Below, piece after piece: positions 20,056 through 29,924 of a DNA stretch of 64,000 nucleotides. Every line of letters starts with the position of its first letter. Within the stretch, counting starts at the first letter, position 1. Source of the DNA: a virus (taxonomy: Duplodnaviria; Caudoviricetes); IMG/VR virus record IMGVR_UViG_3300032954_000011, positions 1,757-65,756 of that record; one strand, given 5' to 3'. Made by a program: the position numbers and the translations under genes. The notes beneath the pieces are model-generated. The model had not been told where the DNA came from. It ran no database searches and saw only the letters and a program-made list of their open reading frames with translations.

Positions 20056-21195
20056 ATGCCTATTCCCTACGGCGACCCCTTTGCCCAGCTAACCGCCTAC
20101 CTAAGCGGCCAGCAGCAGGACTTTCAGAATCTCGACGAGGCCAACTACCAACCGGGGGCTCCGCGCGACCCCGCAGTACAGGCTATGCGGGGCAGTAGCG
20201 CCCCGATGGGTTCGCGGGGGGCCGCTGCCGCGATGCCCCCCGAGCCAGCCGCCCCCCAAAGCTGGGAGGAGGCCGCCGGGAAAATGCTCAGTCCGTTTGG
20301 GGTGAAGCCGGTTTCGCCCAGTCCGTTTGCACCGATTCCGGAAAGCAACTTTACGCGCGCCCACCCGATGCTGGCGTCGGGCCTATCTAATGCTCTCCTG
20401 GGGCTCGCCGGCATGGGCCCCACCGAGTGGTCGGCGGGCGCGAACATTTCCAATGTGGCCCGCGGACTAATCGGCATCCCGCAAATGCGCCGCCAAGCTC
20501 AGATGCAGCAAATGGCAATGCCTTTTCAGCAGGCCGGACTTTTGTTCGGCCCGCAGGAACAGCAGGCCAAGCTAGAGTTTGAGCGCGCCCAGGCTGAGCA
20601 GGCCCGCGCTATGGCCCACTACCACATGGTGATGCCAGAGACCTACGAAAAAATGTGGACCCAGCGCGGTGTAGGTGCGGCTGAGGTGGCGGCCGGGGCC
20701 CGCCTCGACCCGCAGGCGCTACTCAACAAAAACCCCATGGCCTATTGGGCAATGGGTGCGCAGGGACTAATCCCCGACGTTGACCCGACGATGGCCTCAA
20801 TGATGTATAGTAAACTGTTCCAAGACCAGTTGAGACTAGAACAAACCAAGCACCCCCCGCGCCCCGTGAAGCCCACAGGTCCCACCCCCGCCCAGCAAGC
20901 CGCTGCGGTGCGCACCTGGCAAACCCGTTCCAATGCCAACATCAACCGAGACTTCATGCTCAAAATGCCCAAGCCTGGCTCTGATGAGCAGCGCGCCTGG
21001 AACGCTAAAGCCCAGGCCGCGGGCATTCCCCGCGAACAACGCGGTGCCTGGATAGCCGACCAAATCGGCCACCACAATATGCAGGCCGGCCAGCTTCGCG
21101 ACAAATATCTCTCCGACCCGAACAACCAAAACATCACCCCCCAGGACTTCTACAAGGCGCACGGCTGGGATGAAAAAACCAACTCCTTCCGCTAA
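20056..21195 (+). CDS. Putative internal virion/ejection protein
   Basis: Gln/Ala/Met-rich helical protein; position. Confidence 0.5.
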   Translation: MPIPYGDPFAQLTAYLSGQQQDFQNLDEANYQPGAPRDPAVQAMRGSSAPMGSRGAAAAMPPEPAAPQSWEEAAGKMLSPFGVKPVSPSPFAPIPESNFTRAHPMLASGLSNALLGLAGMGPTEWSAGANISNVARGLIGIPQMRRQAQMQQMAMPFQQAGLLFGPQEQQAKLEFERAQAEQARAMAHYHMVMPETYEKMWTQRGVGAAEVAAGARLDPQALLNKNPMAYWAMGAQGLIPDVDPTMASMMYSKLFQDQLRLEQTKHPPRPVKPTGPTPAQQAAAVRTWQTRSNANINRDFMLKMPKPGSDEQRAWNAKAQAAGIPREQRGAWIADQIGHHNMQAGQLRDKYLSDPNNQNITPQDFYKAHGWDEKTNSFR

Positions 21196-24100
21196 TGCCT
21201 GACGACTTCAACCAATTCGACCCGCAGACCGCTGAGGCTTTTCGGCGCCTAATCAACTACGGCCCTTTGTTCGGGCAGCGCCCCGAACAGCCCCCGACGG
21301 CCCAGATGCCGCGGAAGCCGCTACAGATGCCTTCGAGCGGCAGTCCCTCTACGGGCACGGCCAGCCAGGCCACGGTGCCGAACCCCGCGAACGCCGCTGC
21401 CCAGCCCCAGCACGTTGTCACCGATGACGAGCAGGCCAGCGGCCTAGGTTTCGACCGGCCGGGCATCGATGTTTTGCGCCGCCGCGCAGGCATCCCGGCG
21501 TCCGGAAGCATTCTGCCGGCGGGCCTGGGATTCGCCACCGGTGCCAGCGCCTGGGGCATTCAACCTGAAACCGAACCCGGCAAAGCAACCCTTAGTCCCT
21601 CCACCAACACCCTGCTGGCCCTGCAACGCTATCTCGTCGACCCCTTTGAGCGCATGGCCAAAGCTGGCGGGGAGTTCGGCGCCACTCAGCTCCCCGGCGC
21701 CCTCAGCCGTCTCTCGTACAAGGTGAGCGGCGAACCTCTAGGCCCTGTTGCTAGCGGTGTGGCTGCAGGCATTGGGCGGGTGGCGGGGGGCGCCGCTGCC
21801 GATCCCCGCAACTGGCCGTTCCTGGCTGCGGGTGCGGTCCGTCCCCTGTTAGAGAAGGCTCTCACCGCGGGCTTCACCGCCCAAATGGGCAAGGGCTACT
21901 ACGACGCTCTGGTGCATTTGTCCGCCAACTGGGACAAAATGTCCGCGGAGCAGCGCGCCGAATATGCCACCCAGGCTGGGATTTCGGGGCTTCTGACCGC
22001 GGTTACTGCCAGCCATCTCGGTCCGCAAACCGCCCGCGAGGCTGTGCTTCGCACCGAGGGCGAACGGCAGGCGCTCCGTGCGGAGCCCGCAACCGCAAAC
22101 GTTTTCGCCGGCCTGCCCCCCAACATCACCAAAGCCCTCGACTCCGCCCGCGAGTGGTTTCGCAAAGCCCAGCAGGCCTCCGCCACCCCCGAGCAAGTCG
22201 AAAAGCGCACCCGGTTCGCCGAAAAGATGCGCTCCCAGGCCAAAGAAGAACTCCAAAAGCACCTCGCGGTGGTCTCCCCCGATGACGCCCGCACCATCGT
22301 GGATTCGCTGCGCGGCGAAAAAGAACTCTACGACAAGCAGGCGGTTTTCCTGGAACGCATGCTCCAGAACCCCGAGCAGACCCTCGCGAACGTAAAGGCC
22401 ATGCGCCGCGAAATGCGCGAAGGTTTTGACCCCGAAACTGGCCAGGCCTCGCCCTACGGCAAAATCGAGGAGGTCTCAGCCGAGGGTCTCGGCTACGACC
22501 CGCGCACTGGCAAACTTGTCATGGAGCCCGAATACGGCGACGAAGAGGGCGGCGAACAGCCCGCCAAGGGCGTCTTAAAGCCCAGCCCCTCGAACCTCCC
22601 GCACGGCGTCCGCGAGGCCGTCCACGAAGCTCTCGGCGACACTATGGTGGAGCGCCAAAACGTTTCGCCCCGCGGCTCCTTTGTCTCCAAGAAACCCGGC
22701 TGGATGAGCGCCGAAGACTGGCAGCTCCGCCAGTCCCAGCTCCGCACCGAATACGACAACCTGAAGTCTGATATCCGCGAAATCGTAAAAGATACTCAGG
22801 CCATGCCGCCCGAGGACATGATTTCGCGGATGCGCGAACTTGAGCGCGACCTCGAACAGCCCGAACAAAAGGTGGTCGGGGGGCCTGGGCGCTACCTGGG
22901 TGCTGGCGCCGCAAAGGACATTCATGAGGGTGTGCCAGTGCTTACCAGCGACTTGGCTGGGCGCCTGCTGGGCTGGAAGTCTAAACTTTCCGACACTCTT
23001 ACATTAAAGCAGGCCATGCCACTGCTGGAGCGCCGCCTCGACGACCTGAAACAGTTTTCTAAGCAGGCGGAATTTTTCGCGACCCAGTACGAGAAAAAGG
23101 CCAAGCCCCTCACCCCCGGGCCAGGGATTCTCAGCGCCTACGCTGGCGGGGTGCCAGGCTTCACTGATTGGTGGTCGAAGACTGCCAAGGTGCTGGGCGA
23201 GAAGATTCGCGGCAGAATGTTCATGGCGCAGGACATCAGGAATCTGATTGCCACTGGGCAGCTTCCCAAGGCTGAGGTGCGAGCGATGGGTTTGGATGAT
23301 TGGCTGGCGGCGCATCCTGGGAAGGTGCAGACTGAGGAGCTAAAAAAGTTTCTGGACGAAAATGCGGTTAGGCCGATTGTTAGAGATTCAGCGGCTATTG
23401 ATAAAGAAGCAGGTCTTGCAGAAACCCGAGCTAGGGCTGAGGAAGCTAGAGGGGCCGCAAATCGGCTATATGAAAACGTGCGTACCAGCTTAGAAACAAC
23501 CCTTGGTGTTACCCACGCAAGAGCTGAACATATTATAGACGGCTTCGCACATTTTGGTGGCGGAGGTGGAGAAGAAGAACAAGCTGAGTTTATGTCCCTT
23601 CTTCATGCTAATAATAATACTGGAGTTGGACCAGAAGTTGAGGAGCGTCTTCGCCAAGCTATAGATAGTTATTATAATGCAGATGAAAGAGCAGGTAATG
23701 CCGAGGACCAAGTTGGAGGTTACCGAGGTGCTCCGGCTTACGAACGCTACACCCTCCCCGGCCCCCGCGAGAAGTATCGGGAGGTGTTGTTGCAGCTTCC
23801 TGAGCAACATGGTGGGGATATGCGCAGCGAGGAGCTTGCCCAGAACTATGGAGTCCCCAGCCGCCACTCTTATCTCGAACCCCACTTCGGCGAACCAAAT
23901 GTCTTCGCCCACCTCCGCACCTCCGAGCGGCTCAACTCTGATGGGGTGAGGTCGCTGCACCTTGAGGAGATTCAGAGTCAGTGGGCGACGGACCTCCGGA
24001 AGCAAGCGGAGGGCTCGAAGGTTATTCCACGAGAAGACCTACTTCAATACCAAAACCTTTCTCGTGAATATCACGAGATACGTGGGACAGTCTATGAAAA

Positions 24101-27100
24101 TCCTGAACAACTAGAAAATCTACGCCACCGCGAAAATGAACTCGCTAACGACATCGCAGATTTTCGTGTGCGTTATCCTAATATAGATGACATAATTGAG
24201 GGCCGACTCATAAACCAAGAAGCGCCTCATGTTCCGGAGATGCCCTTCGAAAAAAACTGGCACGAAGTCGCCTTGAAACAAGCTCTCCGCATGGCCATTG
24301 ACGAAGGCTACCAGCGCCTCACCTGGAGCAAAGGCGCCGACGTTTCCAACTACGTCTACCTCGGCATAGAGCACGCCGAAAACCTCTACGACAAAATGAT
24401 TCCCCAGTTCCTCGAAAAGTATGCGCGGAAGTGGGGAGGGGGACCCCCAACAGAAGGCGGCTTGGATTGGGGCCCAGACATTGCCTACCGTAGCCCCGCG
24501 GGCAACCTACAGTATTTTGCCCCCGAACAAGAAGCTGAAATGGAGGCCAAGGGCTGGAAGCCTGAAGATGTTCGTCGCCCAAAGCCCGTCCACTCCCTCG
24601 ACATCCCCTCGAAAATGGCCGACGACATCCGCACCACCGGCCAGTCGCTGTTCTCGTTCGGCGGCATCCCCCCCGTCAAAGAGGTCGTCGACTTCGCCAA
24701 AAAAATCACCGGCGGGGTGCGCCAAATCTACGACCAAGCCGTCGAAGGCTTCGCGCCCAAGTCCGGCGTCGACCCTCGCACCCTCGACGTGATGTTCATG
24801 TACAAGGGCCGCATGGAGAAGGAACAAACCCGCGTCAACGATATGCTGTCGGCGTGGGACGACGCGGCTCGCTCCCTTACCCGCGACCAAGCCGTCGAGT
24901 GGCTCGACCGCCGCAAGACCGGCCACGACCAAGTGACCCCCGAGCTCCAGCAGCTCGACGCGATGACCCGCCAGCTCGACGCCCAAAACTACATTCAAAT
25001 GAACCGCGCCCGCATCGCAGCGGGTGTCGCCGAAGACCTAACCCCCTTCCTCGAAGACCACTTTAGACTATTCTACAAAGAGTCCTTCGGCACCGACCCC
25101 TCGCCGGCGCAGATAAACGCCTTCCTCTCTAAGCGCTCCTCAATGGGCACCAAGGGCTTTCTGTTCGGGCACATTTACGACACCGCCTCCGAAGCACTCG
25201 CGGCCGGCAAAGAGCTCCGCACCAACAACGTTATCGATATGTTCAAGCTCTCGCACGCCGACGTGCAGCGCTATATCTCGGCCCTTAATATGTGGAAGTG
25301 GGCGAAGGACACGGGGCGCGCTGAATTCGTAAAGCGCGGCGAAGACCCCCCGGCCGGCTATGTCCAGCTCGACGACCGCCTCGCTAAGGTCTATTTCAAG
25401 GTCCCCGAAGGCATGGTGCATGCCGGCGAGTACTGGGTCGAAGAGGGTTTTGGGCGGCTGCTCAACAACTATCTCTCCATAGACCGGCTGCGCTCAGGCA
25501 AGTATTCTCCTATTGGGCGCTCTCTACTGTGGCTCAAGAACGCGACTACTCCCTGGGAACTGTTCGGCCCCTACCACGCTATGACCATTGGCAACCAAGC
25601 CATCGCCGCCGAGCTCGCGCTATCCGCCCGCGAAGGCAAGATGCCCTCCTTGCGCCCCATCGCCGACCTACAAGAGCTCGGTATGCAGATGCGCTCCATG
25701 GCTAAGGCCTCCTGGACAGAGGGCTCCTGGAACGATTATGTGCGCTCCGCCGAGGGCCAAGCCTTCCTCAACAAGTTCCCCGACGCCCAAAACCTTCTGC
25801 GCCTCGCCTTCCAAGGCGGCCTCAAACTCGACATCCCCGAGGAGCTCCGCAACCAAGCCGCCAAGCACATGATGGAAGCGTTCGCCGACAAGCGCTATGG
25901 CGGGGCACTCATGCGGCTTGGCCCTGCAATGCTCGAACGTTCGATGTCACGGCTCTTCAACACCGAAATCCCCGCCCTGAAGCGCGGGGTGTTCATGCGC
26001 GACATGGCCCAGACCCTCCGCGAAAACTCTGACGCCATTCAGGCCGGCCAGGTCACCCCCCAAACCCTCGCCCGGCAGGTGGTTCAGCGGGTCGAAAACC
26101 AGTTCGGCGAAATGAACTTCGACAACATGTTTTGGAACCGCACCCTGAAATCCACACTCCAAGTCATCTACCGCTCGGTCACCTGGCGGCTCGGAAACAT
26201 CCTGCAGGTGAGCTCCGCGATAAAGGGCGCCGCCCAAGCCGGCATGAACCTTGCACAGGGCAACGTACCGGCCGCTAAACTCAACGCCCAACGTTCGCTA
26301 GCGCATGCCGCCACCATCATGGGTGACCTCGCCACCACGGTCATGTGGTCGGCGGCGCTACAGTACGCCTTCACCGGCAAAACCCTCCACAGTATCACCG
26401 ACGCCCTTAACCCGCAAATCGGCACCGACGAGCGCGGCAAACCCATGCGCATCAACGTTGCCACCTACTGGTCGCGGGACTTCCACAAAATGTTCAGCGA
26501 CGTACCGGGCGGGGCCATCGACTACCTTACCTCCGGGCAGGCCGCCTGGGTCACCCGCTTCAAGGAAGCCGTTCAAAACAAAGACTTCTACAACGTCAAG
26601 ATTTCAGAAAGCGACAGCAAGTTTGCGCAGTTCTTTCAGCGCGCCGCCCACATCATGCCGCCCATGATTGCCGCCCAAAACGTCCAGCGCATGAAAAACG
26701 AAGCTGGACCCAAGGGCGCGGTGCTTGGTCTGTTCGGTTCGTCGCTCGCCTCCCGCAAGCTCGACCTCGACCCCGGCGAGATAAAAGCCCTCGACCTGAT
26801 GGACCGCTCCACCAAGCCTATGTCTCGCGAAGACTTTGAGCAGCGCCAGCTTATGAACGGCCTGACCGCCCGCATTCGCTCCGGCGACAAAACAGTTACC
26901 GCGGCCGGTGGCGACCTCGACCAGCTCGTAAACTCCGGCAAGCTCTCTGAAGGCGAAGCCGACACAATCATGGAGCGGGCCGACACCGCCTACATTGACG
27001 GGCTCACTCGTCGCATGGGGCTGGTCGATTTGCTAAAGGTCTACAAAGCTGCCCGCGACCCCGACATCAAATCGCGGGTCGCCGACCGCATTCAACATGT

Positions 27101-27200
27101 CGAAGACTACACTTACGCTGCCCTCCGCAAAAAGGGTGAGCGCGGTGAAAAGCGCGCAGCCGAACTCGCCCACCAAGTCGAGGCTCTAGGAATCCCATGA
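21195..27200 (+). CDS. Large (2001 aa) internal virion/polyvalent protein
   Basis: Last large structural gene; block YTLPG..YREVLL..HF.EPNVFAHLR..LEEIQSQW recurs in large phage virion proteins. Confidence 0.65.
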   Translation: MPDDFNQFDPQTAEAFRRLINYGPLFGQRPEQPPTAQMPRKPLQMPSSGSPSTGTASQATVPNPANAAAQPQHVVTDDEQASGLGFDRPGIDVLRRRAGIPASGSILPAGLGFATGASAWGIQPETEPGKATLSPSTNTLLALQRYLVDPFERMAKAGGEFGATQLPGALSRLSYKVSGEPLGPVASGVAAGIGRVAGGAAADPRNWPFLAAGAVRPLLEKALTAGFTAQMGKGYYDALVHLSANWDKMSAEQRAEYATQAGISGLLTAVTASHLGPQTAREAVLRTEGERQALRAEPATANVFAGLPPNITKALDSAREWFRKAQQASATPEQVEKRTRFAEKMRSQAKEELQKHLAVVSPDDARTIVDSLRGEKELYDKQAVFLERMLQNPEQTLANVKAMRREMREGFDPETGQASPYGKIEEVSAEGLGYDPRTGKLVMEPEYGDEEGGEQPAKGVLKPSPSNLPHGVREAVHEALGDTMVERQNVSPRGSFVSKKPGWMSAEDWQLRQSQLRTEYDNLKSDIREIVKDTQAMPPEDMISRMRELERDLEQPEQKVVGGPGRYLGAGAAKDIHEGVPVLTSDLAGRLLGWKSKLSDTLTLKQAMPLLERRLDDLKQFSKQAEFFATQYEKKAKPLTPGPGILSAYAGGVPGFTDWWSKTAKVLGEKIRGRMFMAQDIRNLIATGQLPKAEVRAMGLDDWLAAHPGKVQTEELKKFLDENAVRPIVRDSAAIDKEAGLAETRARAEEARGAANRLYENVRTSLETTLGVTHARAEHIIDGFAHFGGGGGEEEQAEFMSLLHANNNTGVGPEVEERLRQAIDSYYNADERAGNAEDQVGGYRGAPAYERYTLPGPREKYREVLLQLPEQHGGDMRSEELAQNYGVPSRHSYLEPHFGEPNVFAHLRTSERLNSDGVRSLHLEEIQSQWATDLRKQAEGSKVIPREDLLQYQNLSREYHEIRGTVYENPEQLENLRHRENELANDIADFRVRYPNIDDIIEGRLINQEAPHVPEMPFEKNWHEVALKQALRMAIDEGYQRLTWSKGADVSNYVYLGIEHAENLYDKMIPQFLEKYARKWGGGPPTEGGLDWGPDIAYRSPAGNLQYFAPEQEAEMEAKGWKPEDVRRPKPVHSLDIPSKMADDIRTTGQSLFSFGGIPPVKEVVDFAKKITGGVRQIYDQAVEGFAPKSGVDPRTLDVMFMYKGRMEKEQTRVNDMLSAWDDAARSLTRDQAVEWLDRRKTGHDQVTPELQQLDAMTRQLDAQNYIQMNRARIAAGVAEDLTPFLEDHFRLFYKESFGTDPSPAQINAFLSKRSSMGTKGFLFGHIYDTASEALAAGKELRTNNVIDMFKLSHADVQRYISALNMWKWAKDTGRAEFVKRGEDPPAGYVQLDDRLAKVYFKVPEGMVHAGEYWVEEGFGRLLNNYLSIDRLRSGKYSPIGRSLLWLKNATTPWELFGPYHAMTIGNQAIAAELALSAREGKMPSLRPIADLQELGMQMRSMAKASWTEGSWNDYVRSAEGQAFLNKFPDAQNLLRLAFQGGLKLDIPEELRNQAAKHMMEAFADKRYGGALMRLGPAMLERSMSRLFNTEIPALKRGVFMRDMAQTLRENSDAIQAGQVTPQTLARQVVQRVENQFGEMNFDNMFWNRTLKSTLQVIYRSVTWRLGNILQVSSAIKGAAQAGMNLAQGNVPAAKLNAQRSLAHAATIMGDLATTVMWSAALQYAFTGKTLHSITDALNPQIGTDERGKPMRINVATYWSRDFHKMFSDVPGGAIDYLTSGQAAWVTRFKEAVQNKDFYNVKISESDSKFAQFFQRAAHIMPPMIAAQNVQRMKNEAGPKGAVLGLFGSSLASRKLDLDPGEIKALDLMDRSTKPMSREDFEQRQLMNGLTARIRSGDKTVTAAGGDLDQLVNSGKLSEGEADTIMERADTAYIDGLTRRMGLVDLLKVYKAARDPDIKSRVADRIQHVEDYTYAALRKKGERGEKRAAELAHQVEALGIP

Positions 27201-27529
27201 TAAGAGGCGCCCACAACACCCCCACCGGGCTCTGCCCGATGCTTGAACTTCTCGGCAAGTGGCAAGCCGAACTAATCTCGGCAGGACGTGGAGAGACAGC
27301 TATGCGCCACGCGCGGTCCTGGGACCGCGTCCTGGAGCTATATCCGGACACAAAAAAGCCCGGCGACCTGGACTATTTCGATGTCCAAGACTACCGGGCT
27401 TGGCGCCTCAAGAGAGGCATTTCACGCAGAACCGTCTACCAGGAGCTAGTGGCGATTAGACGCTTTTACCGCTGGCTTACGACGCGGGGCCTTCCGTTTG
27501 CGAACCCCGCCATTGGAGTTAGAGTTTAG
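27197..27529 (+). CDS. Stand-alone integrase N-terminal (SAM-like core-binding) domain protein
   Basis: DVQDYRAWRLKRGISRRTVYQELVAIRRFYRWL...NP; no catalytic domain. Confidence 0.7.
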   Translation: MIRGAHNTPTGLCPMLELLGKWQAELISAGRGETAMRHARSWDRVLELYPDTKKPGDLDYFDVQDYRAWRLKRGISRRTVYQELVAIRRFYRWLTTRGLPFANPAIGVRV

Positions 27530-27560
27530 GCGCTTCACAACTTGTTTCTCCGAAACAACC

Positions 27561-27598
27561 GACCCGCAGAGGCCACAAGCCTCGCGGGTCTTTTCTTT
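27561..27598 (+). terminator. Intrinsic terminator at the convergence of the two arms
   Basis: GACCCGC-AGAGGC...GCCTC-GCGGGTC followed by TTTTCTTT. Confidence 0.75.
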
Positions 27599-27638
27599 GC
27601 TGTGAAGTGTTACGCGATAGCACTCCAGGTGACTACAC

Positions 27639-28034
27639 TCAGTTATCCAGGACATAGACCTCCAGGATGGCTAAACCTTCGTAGTGGAACCCGAGCCGGA
27701 AAGCCACGCCCTCACTTACGTCGAGCTGGCGCCCGCGCACATAGGGCCCGCGGTCGGTAACAGTTACTATCACCGTATCTCCCGTGCATGAATTCCGCAG
27801 AAGAAGATGGGTACCAAAGGGGAGGTGACGATGCGCGACAGTCATTCCCCAGCGGTTAAAAATTTCTCCGCTCGCAGTCCGCCGACCGTGAAAAGGTCTG
27901 CCATACCAAGAAGCACGCATCTTAGACGGTTGAGGGTTTTGGGTAGTACCCGCTCCCGCAGGGACAATAGCCAAAGTGAGTAAGAGCCATATGGCAATTC
28001 CAACAAAGCAGCGTAAGTGTTTTTGGGAAATCAC
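27639..28034 (-). CDS. rlpA: RlpA-like (DPBB) lytic transglycosylase with a signal peptide
   Basis: ASWYG..FHGRRTASGE, AHRHLPFGT, VTDRGPY, LDVS; GTG at 28034 with GGAG RBS. Confidence 0.85.
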   Translation of the reverse strand: MISQKHLRCFVGIAIWLLLTLAIVPAGAGTTQNPQPSKMRASWYGRPFHGRRTASGEIFNRWGMTVAHRHLPFGTHLLLRNSCTGDTVIVTVTDRGPYVRGRQLDVSEGVAFRLGFHYEGLAILEVYVLDN

Positions 28035-28380
28035 TACGAATAATCTCCAAATAAAAGTTCTTGTTAGCTTTGTGCAATTGTTTTCTGTGGCGTGTGCCGC
28101 CACCAAAGATATGGTGGATGCTTAAGAATTCTTCTCGTCCTTCTCCGCAACAGCTACAGCGATGCCCATAGGCAGTGAAGATTCTGCATTTAAGCTTTCG
28201 GATATACTCTCGTTGCCGCTGTCGTTTTTGGGCGGCATTTTTTCGGTAATTTGCGCGTTGGATGCTTCGATAACAGGAATTGCAGATAAGGTGTCCGGCG
28301 GCCTCTTGGCCCCAATTTTCCCTAGAGACAAGCCTGGTCCCGCATTCTTTGCAGATTCTTTTCCTCTTACCGCGTACCAT
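27922..28380 (-). CDS. HNH endonuclease
   Basis: CKEC/CNSC; CSCCGE...LSIHHI..GG...LLCWNCH. Confidence 0.8.
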   Translation of the reverse strand: MVRGKRKRICKECGTRLVSRENWGQEAAGHLICNSCYRSIQRANYRKNAAQKRQRQREYIRKLKCRIFTAYGHRCSCCGEGREEFLSIHHIFGGGTRHRKQLHKANKNFYLEIIRSDFPKTLTLLCWNCHMALTHFGYCPCGSGYYPKPSTV

Positions 28381-28449
28381 CGTGCCCTTTCTTCAAAGAA
28401 AGTTTTGTAAAGCTTGTGGTTGGCCTTCTCTAATGCTAGGCTGTCGTGT

Positions 28450-28932
28450 TCAAGTTTTACGATCCAGGCGAGCAGAGCTAAGTCCACTGTCGCTACAATT
28501 TGGTCCCACAAGAGGCCAAGTGACATTTCCATAGGCAGTTCTTTCGGACTGGAGAAAGGCTTCAAGATTGTCGAACTGCGTTATTTTATATCGTTCAGGT
28601 AAAAAGTGAAAAACATTCTCGCGGGGGCCTATGATAATAAGAGGGAGTCCTTTTGCGAGGGCATAGCCAAATTCGACATGCCGCCCCCCGCGCAACGTAG
28701 GCGTTGTCGAACTTTCACTTAAACAGACTACATAATCACTTATGAGAATGTCCTCAAGGTCTCTTACAGCCTCTCCCAACAGAATTTTAGGTTTCCCGTC
28801 GTGGGAACGAATGTCAGGAACTTTGAGCCACTGAGCAGTACAAAGATGCCCAAGCTCGATCTCTATCCTAGCCGCGGCATCGCGTGCATCTTGCTGTCGT
28901 TCCCCGCGGGCAGCGATGTAAAATTTACGCAT
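28450..28932 (-). CDS. Nucleoside 2-deoxyribosyltransferase-like protein
   Basis: KFYIAA...DLEDI..SD...GGRHVEFGYALA. Confidence 0.75.
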   Translation of the reverse strand: MRKFYIAARGERQQDARDAAARIEIELGHLCTAQWLKVPDIRSHDGKPKILLGEAVRDLEDILISDYVVCLSESSTTPTLRGGRHVEFGYALAKGLPLIIIGPRENVFHFLPERYKITQFDNLEAFLQSERTAYGNVTWPLVGPNCSDSGLSSARLDRKT

Positions 28933-29314
28933 TACGCCTCTCTTGAATTTTAGTTAGTGCTTCGGCGACTTTACCCCGTTGGGGCCGGTCGTCATAAAGA
29001 TTCCCAGTTGATTGTGCATCTAAGAGAATCGCGGCGCAGGCAATCGCATGGCCAAGGTGATGTGCCCCACTATCAGCGGCCGTCTCCTCACCCCCATCAA
29101 ACCACAGAGCTACATGGCGCAGTAACGCATCAATGTAAATAGAGGCAATCACATTTTTGTCGCGCCAGTTATAGGGGCCATATTTCTTGGCGCCGTCCAT
29201 CATAGCATCGGCACCGTGGACAACCGCAACAAGCGGAAGTTTGCTTAGGCTGACCTTTTTGACCCCAAGAAGGTCTTTTGGGTTTACCGGGTCTTGGTTA
29301 GTAGACATCGCCAT
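28925..29314 (-). CDS. dATP/dGTP diphosphohydrolase-domain protein (DUF5664-like)
   Basis: GAKKYGPYNWR...ALLRH...DSGAHHLGHA. Confidence 0.8.
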   Translation of the reverse strand: MAMSTNQDPVNPKDLLGVKKVSLSKLPLVAVVHGADAMMDGAKKYGPYNWRDKNVIASIYIDALLRHVALWFDGGEETAADSGAHHLGHAIACAAILLDAQSTGNLYDDRPQRGKVAEALTKIQERRNA

Positions 29315-29555
29315 TTATTTTCGCTTTCTCCTCTTCGTAGGGTACGGCTAGGCGCCGATAAAACTCCTGCTTCACGTTCTCCAGCACCCCGGTGAGCAGC
29401 GCTATCTTCGTGTAGCTTAGCGGCTCCTCAATGTGCATGAGCCGGCAGAGCTGAGTAATGGCGTAGTTGAGTTCCCCGTACTCGCCAATTGAGTTCGACA
29501 GCGCGAACACATAAGGGTCAAGTTGCTGGCGGCGGTCAGGCTTGATGTAGGGCAT
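29298..29555 (-). CDS. Conserved phage hypothetical protein
   Basis: MPYIK...GELNYAIT...EFYRR..PYE..K..NGDV. Confidence 0.7.
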   Translation of the reverse strand: MPYIKPDRRQQLDPYVFALSNSIGEYGELNYAITQLCRLMHIEEPLSYTKIALLTGVLENVKQEFYRRLAVPYEEEKAKINGDVY

Positions 29556-29657
29556 TATTCGTTCCTCCCGTGACAGGGGCACCAGTTTGGCGGAAGCTTT
29601 CTAGAAGCCTCTTCCAACACCACTGGCTTAGGCGGTCGCCCAGCACTATTCCCAGGG

Positions 29658-29924
29658 CTAGGAGTTTTCGTTTTCGTTGGAGGCAGCTTTGGCATTGTCG
29701 AAGGCCCTTAAAATATCGCACTTTGCTTTCTCCCAAATGTAGTCAAGGATGTTGTGTGGGTCCCCGGAGACAATCTCTTCGACCAGGGCATCTGCGATGC
29801 GAATGTTCTTACCGACGTATCTATTCGCATCGCGGAAGTAAATAGCCAGTAAAAAACCAGAGAACGGGTCGATGGCCTCGGCCCCTATGCGTTTGACTGT
29901 AAATGACACGCCGGTTAGGTCCAT
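29658..29924 (-). CDS. Hypothetical protein
   Basis: AAGGAG RBS; coupled start. Confidence 0.55.
   Translation of the reverse strand: MDLTGVSFTVKRIGAEAIDPFSGFLLAIYFRDANRYVGKNIRIADALVEEIVSGDPHNILDYIWEKAKCDILRAFDNAKAASNENENS

Noticed and set aside
21195-27200. Virion RNA polymerase
   Set aside because: No recognisable DxDGD or T7-type catalytic motifs seen
28925-29314. Z-genome (2-aminoadenine) pathway
   Set aside because: No PurZ in the window; a DUF5664-like gene alone is insufficient
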